NCBI GenBank assembly: GCA_018660265.1
Contig: JABJKS010000013.1
Coordinates: 10,603 to 74,602, forward strand
Direction: 5' to 3'
DNA: 64,000 bases
Source of the DNA: Rhodospirillaceae bacterium
Lineage (GTDB): Bacteria; Pseudomonadota; Alphaproteobacteria; GCA-2731375
The notes under the pieces were generated by a model. It had not been told where the DNA came from. It saw only the letters and a program-made list of their open reading frames with translations, and made no database searches. Made by a program: the position numbers and the translations under genes. Positions 10,377 through 20,203 of the stretch are shown here, one piece after another (positions within the stretch are counted from its first letter, which is position 1; each line of letters starts with the position of its first letter).

Positions 10377-12041
10377 TTAGGCGTCGGCCATGGCCGGGGT
10401 TTCGGCGCTTGATAGTGTGAAGCCTTCATAATTATTCGCCGCGACTTCATCGCACCTCAGTTTATAGCGGTCAAAACCGCCCACATAGGGCATGAAGATG
10501 CGTGGTTTGCCGGGGATATTGGCGCCCATGTACCAGGAATTGGCCAGGGGATAGAGGGTGCTGTCCGCGACTTCGTTGTTGTGCTGTACCCAGGCATCCT
10601 CGGCTGCCTGACTGGTTTCGATCCGCGACATACGGGCGGATTTCATATGCGTCAGACAATCAACGATCCAGTCCGTATGCTGTTCACAGGCCAGGATCAT
10701 CTGCGCCTTCACGGACGGGCTTTGCGGCCCGGTAATCAGGAACATGTTGGGGAAGTCCGCCATGGTCAGCCCCAGATAGGAACGGGGGCCATCAGCCCAT
10801 TTATCACGCAGCCGTGTGCCGTTTGTACCCTGGAGGTCAATATCCAGCAGGGCGCCAGTCATGGCATCAAAGCCGGTGGCAAAGACGATGGCATCAAATT
10901 CGTATTCGGCCTCCGTCGTGCGGATACCGTTGGGCGTAATGCCTTCGATGGGCGCGCTTCTGGCATCAACCAGGGTCACGTTGTCACGGTTATAGGTCTC
11001 GTAATAGTGGCTATCCAGGATCAGACGTTTGGTGCCGATGGGATGATCCTTGGGTGCCAACAGTTCAGCCACCACTTGATCCTTTACCGTGGCACGGATC
11101 TTGTTGCGGACGAACTCGGATGCTGTGTCATTGGCCGTTTTGTTCACCAGCAAATCGTTATAGGCGTATAGGAAGGAGATCGACCCGCCTTCGCCCCATT
11201 TTGCTTCATATGCCGCCTCCCGCTCCTCGGCACTGGCCTCCAACGCGGATTTTGTCGGTGGGGGAAAACCGGCGATGCCAAACGGCGTGTCAAAGGCGGC
11301 AAGGCGATGGGCGGCGTAAGTCGCCTTATGCTTGCGCTCAACCTCCGGGTCCAGGGGGGCATTTCGCGCCGGTAGGCTGAAATTCGCGGTGCGTTGGAAA
11401 ACATGCAGGTGCTTGGCCTGTTGTGCAATCAACGGGATCGACTGCACCCCGGACGACCCGGTGCCGATAATGCCGACCCGTTGGCCGGTGAAGTCCACGC
11501 CTTCATGTGGCCATAGGCCGGTGTGATACGATTTGCCTTTGAAATCATCCAGGCCGGGGAAATCCGGTACCCGGGGCAGGGAGAGATTGCCCGTCGCCAT
11601 AATGCAAAACTGGGCCGATATGTCACCGCCGTTGTCGGTCTTCAGGGCCCATTGGTTGTTTTCCGTATCGAATTTCGCGGCCAGGACCCGCGTGTCAAAA
11701 CGGATATCCCGGCGCAAATCAAAGCGGTCGGCGACATGATTGATATAGCGAAGAATTTCGGGCTGGGTGCCGTAGCGTTCGGGCCATTTCCATTCCTGCT
11801 GCAAATCTTCGGCAAAGGAATAGGAATATTCCATGCTTTCCACATCGCAGCGGCAGCCGGGGTATCTATTCCAATACCAGGTGCCGCCCACATCGTCGGC
11901 AGCCTCCAGGATGATGACCTTTAGGCCCAGGCCGCGCAGACGATGCAGAGCATAAAGGCCGCCCACGCCCGCGCCGACAATGACTGCGTCAAATTCGGCT
12001 GTAGCGCCCTTTTGTGCTGATGAAACAGATGATTGCGACAT
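10377..12041 (-). CDS. Type I Baeyer-Villiger monooxygenase
   Basis: Two GxGxxG motifs, GGTWYWNRYPG and the FKGKSYHTGLW (FxGxxxHxxxW) fingerprint. Confidence 0.95.
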   Translation of the reverse strand: MSQSSVSSAQKGATAEFDAVIVGAGVGGLYALHRLRGLGLKVIILEAADDVGGTWYWNRYPGCRCDVESMEYSYSFAEDLQQEWKWPERYGTQPEILRYINHVADRFDLRRDIRFDTRVLAAKFDTENNQWALKTDNGGDISAQFCIMATGNLSLPRVPDFPGLDDFKGKSYHTGLWPHEGVDFTGQRVGIIGTGSSGVQSIPLIAQQAKHLHVFQRTANFSLPARNAPLDPEVERKHKATYAAHRLAAFDTPFGIAGFPPPTKSALEASAEEREAAYEAKWGEGGSISFLYAYNDLLVNKTANDTASEFVRNKIRATVKDQVVAELLAPKDHPIGTKRLILDSHYYETYNRDNVTLVDARSAPIEGITPNGIRTTEAEYEFDAIVFATGFDAMTGALLDIDLQGTNGTRLRDKWADGPRSYLGLTMADFPNMFLITGPQSPSVKAQMILACEQHTDWIVDCLTHMKSARMSRIETSQAAEDAWVQHNNEVADSTLYPLANSWYMGANIPGKPRIFMPYVGGFDRYKLRCDEVAANNYEGFTLSSAETPAMADA

Positions 12042-12188
12042 GGTTTCTTCCTCCAAGGCGATTATTATCTATCATATTGGTAGCATATTCGGTCCGCAGC
12101 GGCGAATCCAGGCCACCCGGCAACGTTGTTATGATAGGCTGGTGGGGCATCGCCGTTGATCCAGTCGTCGAAAGTTAAAATCCCCAAT

Positions 12189-13394
12189 ATGAGTGTTGAA
12201 AACCGGGTGCTCCTGGCCATGTGCGGGCTGATCACCGTCAATCAACTTGGCTTTGGCGCGGTGATCCCGGTGCTGCCCTTGTACGCGCAGTCCTTTGGTG
12301 TGCCGGCATCGGCTATTGGCATGGCGGTCGCAATATATGGTCTGGCACGGTTTTTTGTTGCCGTACCCTCGGGCCAGATGTCTGACTGGCTGGGTCGGCG
12401 GCCCACGCTGGCGATCGGTGGGGTCATCTCCTCTGCGGGCAGTTTCTGGTGCGCGGCAGCGACGGAATATCCGGAATTCATTGTCGCGCGCTTCGTCTCG
12501 GGCTTCGGCGCGGGCATTATCCTGACCACGGGGCAGGTGGTGTTGGCGGATATCTCAACGCCGGAGCGCCGGGGCCGTATCATCGCCATTTACCAGGGCT
12601 GTTTTCTGTTCGCGGTGGGCATCGGGCCGCTGCCGGGCGGTTTGTTGGCAACCCACTATGGCCTTGCCGCACCGTTTCAGGCCTATGGCGCGGCCTCGTT
12701 CCTGGCAATGATCGTGGCTTGGTTTGCCGTGAAGGAGACCAAGGGCCTGGGCACAAGCGTCGGCCTGGGCGCGGGCGCAAGTATCTCGTTTCTCCGGCAG
12801 ATAAAATTGTTGATGGGGCAGGTCGGCTTTGTCCTGGTTTCCATCATATCCCTGGTCAACGCTGTCACGCGAACGGGAGGATTGTTTACGATTGTGCCGG
12901 TCTTTGCCGCTGTGCATTTGGCACTCTCCGTCGCCGAAATCGGCACCGGCATGGCCTTGGGCAGTGTTTTCGGTCTGCTGGCGGCCTATCCCACGGGCAT
13001 GTTGGTGGACCGGTTCGGGCGAAAAGCCGTAATTGTGCCGGCAACCCTGATCACCGGGGCGGCGATGCTACTGTTCATGGTGGCCCCTGGATATGCCTGG
13101 TTTGTCGTTGCCTGCGTCGTCTGGGGGATCGCGGCCACTGTTGGCGGGACGGCACCCGCGGCCTATGCCGCCGACAGCGCACCGCCGGGTATGAACGCTG
13201 CCGCCATGAGCACATTTCGCATGGTCGGTGATATTGGTTATGTCATTGGCCCCATCGCCTTGGGCTTTCTGGTCGATACCCAAGGGGCGGAGACTGCCCT
13301 GGTGGTGACGGCGGCCCTGAGCGTCGTCGCTGGTATGCTGTTCCTGAAATTCGCACCGGAAAGCTATAGCGGTAGTGCCAGACAGCGCGACTGA
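12189..13394 (+). CDS. MFS transporter
   Basis: About 12 hydrophobic segments; GQMSDWLGRR and GMLVDRFGRK motif A copies. Confidence 0.92.
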   Translation: MSVENRVLLAMCGLITVNQLGFGAVIPVLPLYAQSFGVPASAIGMAVAIYGLARFFVAVPSGQMSDWLGRRPTLAIGGVISSAGSFWCAAATEYPEFIVARFVSGFGAGIILTTGQVVLADISTPERRGRIIAIYQGCFLFAVGIGPLPGGLLATHYGLAAPFQAYGAASFLAMIVAWFAVKETKGLGTSVGLGAGASISFLRQIKLLMGQVGFVLVSIISLVNAVTRTGGLFTIVPVFAAVHLALSVAEIGTGMALGSVFGLLAAYPTGMLVDRFGRKAVIVPATLITGAAMLLFMVAPGYAWFVVACVVWGIAATVGGTAPAAYAADSAPPGMNAAAMSTFRMVGDIGYVIGPIALGFLVDTQGAETALVVTAALSVVAGMLFLKFAPESYSGSARQRD

Positions 13395-13396
13395 TC

Positions 13397-13432
13397 GGGA
13401 TGGGCCGGGGATGGGCCGGGGATGGGCCGGGG
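13397..13432 (+). repeat. Tandem repeat (GGGATGGGCCG)x3 plus GGG
   Basis: Three exact 11-bp copies start 2 nt after the MFS stop. Confidence 0.9.
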
Positions 13433-13570
13433 CAATGCAGCGGCGCTGGATTATGTAATCATTGCCTGTAATAATACACGCTGGCCCAAGGCGGGCCTGG
13501 ATGACGGCACCATGGTCTATGTGAATGGTAATATGAAAACGCAACCGTCAGGAATAAAGGGGAAACGTCC

Positions 13571-14731
13571 GTGAACATTCAAAGTAAGAGTGCGCCTGTC
13601 GATTATGGTCCCGCGCGGGAGGAAATGGCCGCTTACCTAAAGGCCGGTGAGGAAAAAGCCTATGCTTTGGGTAATCGTGGCCCCATTCGCTATGACGACA
13701 ATGGTGCCGTGGCCCAGGATATTCTGGATGCCTATTGGCGCTGTGGCTTTTACGTCTTCGAGGGGGTGTTGGGCGCGGAGGAACTGGCCGATATCGAAGT
13801 TGATTTAAAAGAGATCCTGACCCGCCTGCCGAAAGAAAAAGACGCCCCCCTTGATGCCCAGGGCCGACCTGCCCTGGGGGCGGATTGTCAGGCCCCGACG
13901 TTATTTTGGTCCAAGCCCCTGGGCGATCCATTCGGCGGTACGGACCTCGCGAATGGCCGCCATCCGGTCAAGATGACGGAACCCACCCCGGCCCAGGATG
14001 CCCCCGATGAAGTGGTTTATCTGATCCTTGGCTCCCTGCAATTCTCTGATGCCTGTTTGCGCACATACGCTCACCCGGATTTGCTGGCCGTTGCCGCAGC
14101 GGTAAACGGCGATGATTTCGTCCCCTTCTCGGATGCGATATTCATCAAGGAACCCGGCATGGGTGCCTCCGTTGCCTGGCACCAGGACGGCACCACCTTA
14201 TGGGACAGCCCGACTTGGGATCAGGGCAGCCATGGCTTTAACTTCATGGGCCAGCTCTATGGCTGTACACCCGCAAATGGCGTTTGGGTGCTGCCCGGCT
14301 CCCACAAATTGGGTCAGGTCGATATTAAGGCCTTGGTGGCCGAGGCCGGGTCAGAGCGTCTGACCGACGCCGTGCCCATGGTCTGTGCGCCCGGCGATGT
14401 GGCGATCAGCAATCGCCAGGCCTTGCATGGATCCTTTGCCAATACTTCGACCGATTGGCGGGTGACCCTGAATATGGGCTTTCATCGTCGGGCATCGGTT
14501 ATGGGCGTTATGGGCGGCGGTATTCATAGCGCCCCTGCCGTCTATGATGATGCGCGGATCAAGGAACGTTCCCGCATAATCGGCTATGCTATAGATGCCC
14601 GCAAGCAACGCTTCCCCGATGAAACACCGTTTGCCTACAAACCGTTTGCAGACGCAGACGAGGGCCACCGTTGGGACGATGCCGCCCGCGAAAGCCTGAA
14701 AGACTATAATCTGCTGGATTTGAGCATCTGA
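13571..14731 (+). CDS. Phytanoyl-CoA dioxygenase (PhyH) family Fe(II)/2OG enzyme
   Basis: WHQD (HxD) and distal LHGS; VLPGSHK motif. Confidence 0.85.
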   Translation: MNIQSKSAPVDYGPAREEMAAYLKAGEEKAYALGNRGPIRYDDNGAVAQDILDAYWRCGFYVFEGVLGAEELADIEVDLKEILTRLPKEKDAPLDAQGRPALGADCQAPTLFWSKPLGDPFGGTDLANGRHPVKMTEPTPAQDAPDEVVYLILGSLQFSDACLRTYAHPDLLAVAAAVNGDDFVPFSDAIFIKEPGMGASVAWHQDGTTLWDSPTWDQGSHGFNFMGQLYGCTPANGVWVLPGSHKLGQVDIKALVAEAGSERLTDAVPMVCAPGDVAISNRQALHGSFANTSTDWRVTLNMGFHRRASVMGVMGGGIHSAPAVYDDARIKERSRIIGYAIDARKQRFPDETPFAYKPFADADEGHRWDDAARESLKDYNLLDLSI

Positions 14732-14841
14732 GCCTTCTGGTTTAGTCGTTACCGCATTACAACATCTCAGAAACTCTCTAGGCTTCGCCTAGGTAGAACA
14801 AAGACAATGTCGTCAGTATTCATTAGTGGGAAGCAGAAGCT

Positions 14842-16560
14842 ATGAGCAGGAAAACTGTGGTCGGTACGGGTGGTGAGGTGCTGATGCATCAGTTGGTGGC
14901 ACAGGGCGTGGAATATGCCTTCACCAACACAGGCAGTGCGGAAGCCGGCTTTTTTGATGCCTTTTTGACCGTTCCCGGCGTGCAGCCGATCCTGTTGCTA
15001 TCGGAATCCCTGGTTCTCTCGGCTGCGGATGGCTATGCCAAGGCGGCGAAAAAACCGGCCTTCGTGAATGTGCATTTGGCCGCCGGCACCCGCCAGGGCT
15101 CCGGCCAGTTGCAGAACGCCTACTTTGACGGCACCCCCATGGTGGTGACGGCGGCCATGCGGGACAATGGCTCCTTCGGCGATCACAACACCCTGGGGGC
15201 CTCAGGCGGCTTCTCGCAAATGGGTGCGGTGGAGGATATCACCAAGAACAGGTGGGAGGTGACGGACGCCCGCGGCGTTGCCATGGCAACGCGACGCGCC
15301 TTTAAGGAGGCGATGACCATGCCGACCGGCCCGGTCTATCTGGCCTTTTCATCGCCGGCCCTGGACGCGACCGGGGTTGAGGCGACAATCCAGGCCGCCG
15401 CTGGGTTGGAGATGGCCCAGGTGCCAAACGGTGCCACCATGGAAAAGATCCACGATGCCCTGTTGAATGCGGAAAACCCTTTGGTCGTCGTTGGACCGGA
15501 TGTGCGCACTTCGGGCGGGCAGAACGAATTGTTGGAATTGGTGGAGAATTACGCCTTGCCCGTGGCGGTAGGGTTTTACGACTATGGCGGCTTCCCAATG
15601 CAGCACCCGAACTATGTCGGCATGATCGATGCTATTTCGGACAAGGGCTATGACGTGGTCTGCTGCATCGGTTATCGCCAGAACACCCGCGCCAGTGTCG
15701 AAGATATCAAGTTCCCTGATGCGGGCACGATCATCGGCATTGGCCAGGATGCGGCCCTGATGGGCAATACATTTGCCCTGGACCTGGATGTTTTGGGCAA
15801 GGTCGATCATACCATGCGCGCCCTGAACAGTTTGTGGAAGCCGGACCATTCGAACCTGGCGCACATTCAAAAACGTAAAATGGCTTTGCTGGAACAAAGC
15901 CAGGCGCGCTTGGCCAAACAGGCCGACGACGCCGTTACGCGTTCTACTGACAATCCCATCCACCCTCTGTATCTGGGCGATGTCATGTCGCGCACCCTGG
16001 CGGGAAACTCCGTCGTGGTGTCGGAGAACTTCCGCGCTTTTGATCATTTCCTGCCCTTCGGCTATGGCGACAATGATATGAGCATGGTGCGCACCGCGGG
16101 GGGCAGCCTTGGTTATGGCGTCGGCGGTGCCGTTGGGGCCCAGCTTGGTGCGCCGGACCGGCCCGTGGTGTTATCAATTGGCGATGGCTCGGTGATGTAC
16201 AGCTCATCGGGCTTCTGGACCATGGCGCGCTACAGCCTGCCGATCCTGACCGTCGTCTGGAACAACATGAATTATCAGACCGTGCGCACGAACTTTGCCG
16301 CCTGGGGTGGCAATGTGAAGGACCAGAACAAATATCCGGAGACCTTTTTGGGCGACCCGGCCATTGATTTCGTCATGCTGGCCAAGGCCCAGGGCATCGA
16401 GGGGGAACATGTGCATGAACCTTCCGATCTGGAAGGGGCCTTGCAACGGGGCCGGGACGCCCAGGCGGCGGGGGAGCCATATGTCTTGGACGTCCACATC
16501 ACCAACGTGGGCGCAGGCGCGGATTCCAAATGGCACAAGGCCATCGCCGCGAATTCATAA
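14842..16560 (+). CDS. ThDP-binding protein (benzoylformate decarboxylase-like)
   Basis: NTGSAE, ADGYA, GGSLGYG and GDGSVMY...WNN motifs. Confidence 0.88.
   Translation: MSRKTVVGTGGEVLMHQLVAQGVEYAFTNTGSAEAGFFDAFLTVPGVQPILLLSESLVLSAADGYAKAAKKPAFVNVHLAAGTRQGSGQLQNAYFDGTPMVVTAAMRDNGSFGDHNTLGASGGFSQMGAVEDITKNRWEVTDARGVAMATRRAFKEAMTMPTGPVYLAFSSPALDATGVEATIQAAAGLEMAQVPNGATMEKIHDALLNAENPLVVVGPDVRTSGGQNELLELVENYALPVAVGFYDYGGFPMQHPNYVGMIDAISDKGYDVVCCIGYRQNTRASVEDIKFPDAGTIIGIGQDAALMGNTFALDLDVLGKVDHTMRALNSLWKPDHSNLAHIQKRKMALLEQSQARLAKQADDAVTRSTDNPIHPLYLGDVMSRTLAGNSVVVSENFRAFDHFLPFGYGDNDMSMVRTAGGSLGYGVGGAVGAQLGAPDRPVVLSIGDGSVMYSSSGFWTMARYSLPILTVVWNNMNYQTVRTNFAAWGGNVKDQNKYPETFLGDPAIDFVMLAKAQGIEGEHVHEPSDLEGALQRGRDAQAAGEPYVLDVHITNVGAGADSKWHKAIAANS
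16528..16559 (+). repeat. 32-bp direct repeat, left copy (3' end of ThDP gene)
   Basis: AAATGGCACAAGGCCATCGCCGCGAATTCATA; 31/32 identical to 21793-21824. Confidence 0.92.
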
Positions 16561-16781
16561 ACTTCGGCTGAAAAGTAGATGATCTGCCCGACTTTAGGGT
16601 ACCAGCGGAAATTGACCTGAGGCCGGATGTGGCCCGGTTGGTGCCAACGGCTGCCGTTGCCGTATCTAGCTTTCCCCACCAGATCGGATAGTATTCCGTT
16701 GACCCGAGGAAAACGTCTCGGAACGCCGACCTGTCGACATATTAGCCGCCGATGCGCTGGACTGATAGAGGGATTATCGTG

Positions 16782-18359
16782 ATGATCCATCCTTACTCAT
16801 ATTATCTTGGTCGCGCGGCACAGCGCTATCCAGACCGGGTCGCGGTCATCGACGGTGACATTCGTCTGACCTATCGCGCGTTGAATGCGCGGATCGACAG
16901 CCTGGCCTTGGCGCTGCGCGCCTTAGGGGTCGGGCGTGGCGACCGTGTGGCGGTGCTACAGGCCAACAATCACCAGTTTATGGAGGCCCTGGTCGGCATC
17001 GCCCGCGTTGGCGCGGCCTTCGTTCCCATGCTGGGAATTCTGACCGAAGCAGATCACGCCTATATGCTGGAGGATACTGACGCGGAGGTATTGATCGTCC
17101 CCGCTGCGGCGCTTAAGGCGCGCGGCGCGGCGCTTAAGGCAAGCGTGGCAAAACTACGCCACCTGATTGTCGTGGACGGTGGCGATGACGCGCATGACTA
17201 TGAGGCGTTGTTGCAGGCCCATGCGGGCATGGCCCCGCTGGTGCGCGGAGATGAACAGGACCTGGCCCAAATCCTCTATACGTCTGGCACCACCGGCAAG
17301 CCCAAGGGGGTGGCCCACACCTATGCCAGTACCCAGGCATCAATGATCAACTGGGTCTCCATGGCCAATCGGCAGCCCGGCGACGTTGGCCTGCTTTACA
17401 TGCCGATGAGCCATTTTGCGGCGCGGCTGATGGATTCGGGATGGGTTACCGGCAGTACAGCGGTCATTCTCCCAACGCCTGACCCGGTGCAATCCTTCGC
17501 TGCCATCGCCCAGTACAGGGTCAGCCATATACTGGCCATCCCGACGCTTATGCAAATGTTCCTGGAGCACCCGGAAATCGATCAGTATGACCTATCAAGC
17601 CTGCGTTTCATTTGTTATGCGGCGGCACCCGCGTCTTCGACCCTTGTGCGCCGCGCGATAGAGCGCTTCGGCTCAATTCTGCATACCGGGTGGGGCGGAA
17701 CCGAGGCTTATGGTCTGAATATCCACATGTCGCCGGAGGACCATTTGGCGGCTATTGACGGCCACGAACAACGTCTGCTGTCATGCGGTACGGAAAATTC
17801 CCTCGGCGGAAGAGTGCGCATTCTCGACGACGACGGGTATGATGTCGCGCCTGGCGATGTTGGAGAGCTTTGCGTCCGGGCACCGTGGATGATGGATCGC
17901 TATTGGAACCTGCCCGCGCTTACAGCACAGACCATCGTTGATGGCTGGCTTCATTTTGGAGATTTGGGACGCCAGGATGAAGACGGCTATACCTATCTGG
18001 TTGATCGCAAGGGTGACATGATCATTACCGGCGGTCTGAACGTCTATCCCCGTGAGATCGAAGAAGCTTTGTATCAACATCCGGCGATCCTTGAAGCAGC
18101 TGTGTTCGGCGTTCCGGACGAAAAATGGGGCGAGGCGGTCAAGGCAGTCGTCGCCCTGCGCGAGGGAGAGAGCGTCGGCGAAGCGGCAGTCATTGCCTTC
18201 ATCAAAGAGCGGCTGGCGGCGTTTATGGCGCCCAAGTCGGTTGATTTCCTCGACCAACTTCCCAAGACGCCCGTCGGCAAGATCTCACGCCGCGACGTCA
18301 AGGCGATGTACTGGGGAGAGGGCGGACGCATGATCCATGGCGCAGGAGAACATTCATGA
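16782..18359 (+). CDS. AMP-dependent acyl-CoA synthetase
   Basis: YTSGTTGKPKG, GGTE, GDLG, DRKGDMIITGGLNVYP and PKTPVGK motifs. Confidence 0.93.
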   Translation: MIHPYSYYLGRAAQRYPDRVAVIDGDIRLTYRALNARIDSLALALRALGVGRGDRVAVLQANNHQFMEALVGIARVGAAFVPMLGILTEADHAYMLEDTDAEVLIVPAAALKARGAALKASVAKLRHLIVVDGGDDAHDYEALLQAHAGMAPLVRGDEQDLAQILYTSGTTGKPKGVAHTYASTQASMINWVSMANRQPGDVGLLYMPMSHFAARLMDSGWVTGSTAVILPTPDPVQSFAAIAQYRVSHILAIPTLMQMFLEHPEIDQYDLSSLRFICYAAAPASSTLVRRAIERFGSILHTGWGGTEAYGLNIHMSPEDHLAAIDGHEQRLLSCGTENSLGGRVRILDDDGYDVAPGDVGELCVRAPWMMDRYWNLPALTAQTIVDGWLHFGDLGRQDEDGYTYLVDRKGDMIITGGLNVYPREIEEALYQHPAILEAAVFGVPDEKWGEAVKAVVALREGESVGEAAVIAFIKERLAAFMAPKSVDFLDQLPKTPVGKISRRDVKAMYWGEGGRMIHGAGEHS

Positions 18360-19210
18360 GCAACGCCGGCAACCCATTCGATGGCTATTGGACAACCAAA
18401 ATCAGTTCAGCAAGCAAGGGGCGCGTCTTAGTCCGCGGCTATCCTGCCGAAGAACTTATCGAACGGCTGAAATTCGCCGAGACGACATATTTGATAATCA
18501 AGGGTGAGCTGCCGACAACGGCCCAAGCCGAGGCGCTGGATGCCGTGCTGCGCTCGGGCCTGGATCAGCAATTCATAAGCTCGGCGGTGCCAGCGGCCCG
18601 ATTTGCCGCTTCCGCCGCGCCCGAAGCCCCCGCCGCGGCCATTGCGGCGGGTGTTATTGCCTTTGGTTCTGTTACGGGATCGCCGGCGAAATGCGGCGAA
18701 ATGCTGTTGGCCGGCCAGCAAATGGCCGTGGCGGAAGGCCTTGATATAAGTGAAACGGCACACCGAATACTGCAGCAATACAGCGACGCCGGGCAAAAGG
18801 TTCCGGGCCTGGGTCATCCCATGCACAAGCAGGTTGAGCCAAGAGCCCAGGCATTACGCGAAATTGCCTTACGGCACGACGCCTGGGGGACATCGGGGCA
18901 ACTGCTTGCGGCGTTGGAAAGCCAGTCGGAAGCGCGTTTCGCCCGGCATTTGCCGTTCAATCTCGCCGCCGCAGTTGCCGCCGTGCTCGCTGAAATCGGC
19001 TTCGCGCCGATAGAAATGACGGGCATTGCGATAATGGGCTATATACCCGCGCTGATCGCTCATACTGTTGAAGAAGTCCGCGAGGGTGTGCCGCTTCGGA
19101 TTATCCCAGACGAATTGGGCGCGCGCTATGCCGGTCCACCGGAACGAACGATCCCGGATAGCTTTGGCCAAGGTCGTGATGGTGAGGCGAAGACAACAAC
19201 CAAAGAATAG
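18356..19210 (+). CDS. Citrate synthase family / citryl-CoA lyase-like protein
   Basis: WTTKIS...VRGY, VPGLGHPMH, EPRA and PFNL motifs; ATGA overlap with the ligase. Confidence 0.8.
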   Translation: MSNAGNPFDGYWTTKISSASKGRVLVRGYPAEELIERLKFAETTYLIIKGELPTTAQAEALDAVLRSGLDQQFISSAVPAARFAASAAPEAPAAAIAAGVIAFGSVTGSPAKCGEMLLAGQQMAVAEGLDISETAHRILQQYSDAGQKVPGLGHPMHKQVEPRAQALREIALRHDAWGTSGQLLAALESQSEARFARHLPFNLAAAVAAVLAEIGFAPIEMTGIAIMGYIPALIAHTVEEVREGVPLRIIPDELGARYAGPPERTIPDSFGQGRDGEAKTTTKE

Positions 19211-19316
19211 AATTGATTGTGACGAAAAACCTGCGCGGTTCGCCATTGCCGACCGGTGCCGCGATCCTGCCACCCTAACCCGTCACCGTCATCAACATTG
19301 CCAAGCGGAGAGAAAA

Positions 19317-19940
19317 ATGAGCGAGTCGAGCAGATTCTGGGATTGGATCGCGAAGCGTTATGCGAAAACGCCCGTGGCCGATGAAGCGGCTTACCAGACA
19401 AAATTACAGGTGACGCGTGATTATCTGCGGCCGGATATGGAGGTCCTGGAGTTCGGTTGCGGCACCGGATCGACGGCAGTCGCTCACGCACCCAATGTGA
19501 AGCACATTCAAGCCATTGACATCTCGGCGAAGATGGTTGCAATCGCCCAAGAAAAAGTTGCGGCAAACAACATCACGAACGTTACGTTGGAACAGTCAAG
19601 CATCAGTGAATTCACAGCACATGATCAAACCTTCGATGCTGTATTCGGACTAAGCATCTTGCATCTGCTCAATGACAGGGAAGCAGCCATCGCCAAAGTA
19701 TATAAGATGCTGAAGCCGGGTGGCGTGTTTGTCAGCAGCACGGCATGCCTTGGCGGAACCATGCCCATTCTATCGATCATTTTGCGAATGGGGCGGTTTT
19801 TGGGTCTGCTGCCATTAGTGCGGTTCTTCACCAAAAAGGAATTGGAAGACAATTTGACCGACGCTGGGTTCCATATTGATCATCTATGGCAACCGGGTGA
19901 AGACAAGGCCGTGTTCATTGTGGCAAAGAAGCCGGGTTAG
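19317..19940 (+). CDS. Class I SAM-dependent methyltransferase
   Basis: VLEFGCGTG motif I and LKPGG; start ATG 19317 after GGAGAG. Confidence 0.9.
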   Translation: MSESSRFWDWIAKRYAKTPVADEAAYQTKLQVTRDYLRPDMEVLEFGCGTGSTAVAHAPNVKHIQAIDISAKMVAIAQEKVAANNITNVTLEQSSISEFTAHDQTFDAVFGLSILHLLNDREAAIAKVYKMLKPGGVFVSSTACLGGTMPILSIILRMGRFLGLLPLVRFFTKKELEDNLTDAGFHIDHLWQPGEDKAVFIVAKKPG

Positions 19941-20003
19941 CGCTTGGGGCGGGTTGCCGTGCTGCCGAGGGCCATTTTGTCGTTCTTGACGAATTTGATT
20001 ATA

Positions 20004-20085
20004 GATTACGGTGACGATTACGACGACAGTTACCTAATAGGCATGCGACCGGGGTGGGAGCGAGTTAAGTGAAGTGCCACCGTAA
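20004..20085. repeat. ~70-80-bp palindromic REP/MITE-like element, copy 1
   Basis: GATTACGGTGAC...GCCACCGTAA terminal inverted arms; 20016-20085 aligns to 21720-21790 at about 59/71 by eye. Confidence 0.75.
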
Positions 20086-20203
20086 CCGGGACATCGAGAC
20101 GTACTCGCCAAGTTGATGGAGAAACGACCGCTCGATTGCTAAACTAAGCAATGGCGCTGCCTTCAGGGCCAGGCACACGTAGTGGAGGAAGCGAGGCGTC
20201 ACA

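Noticed and set aside
14778-14792. CTAGGC-TTC-GCCTAG hairpin upstream of the second ThDP gene
   Set aside because: A 6-bp stem with no U-tract or second copy; could be chance.
19214-19292. Weak inverted arms TGATTGTGACG...CGTCACCGTCA between the citrate-synthase-like gene and the methyltransferase
   Set aside because: Only 9/11 complementary and lacks the shared core of the two palindromic elements; cannot be called a third copy.
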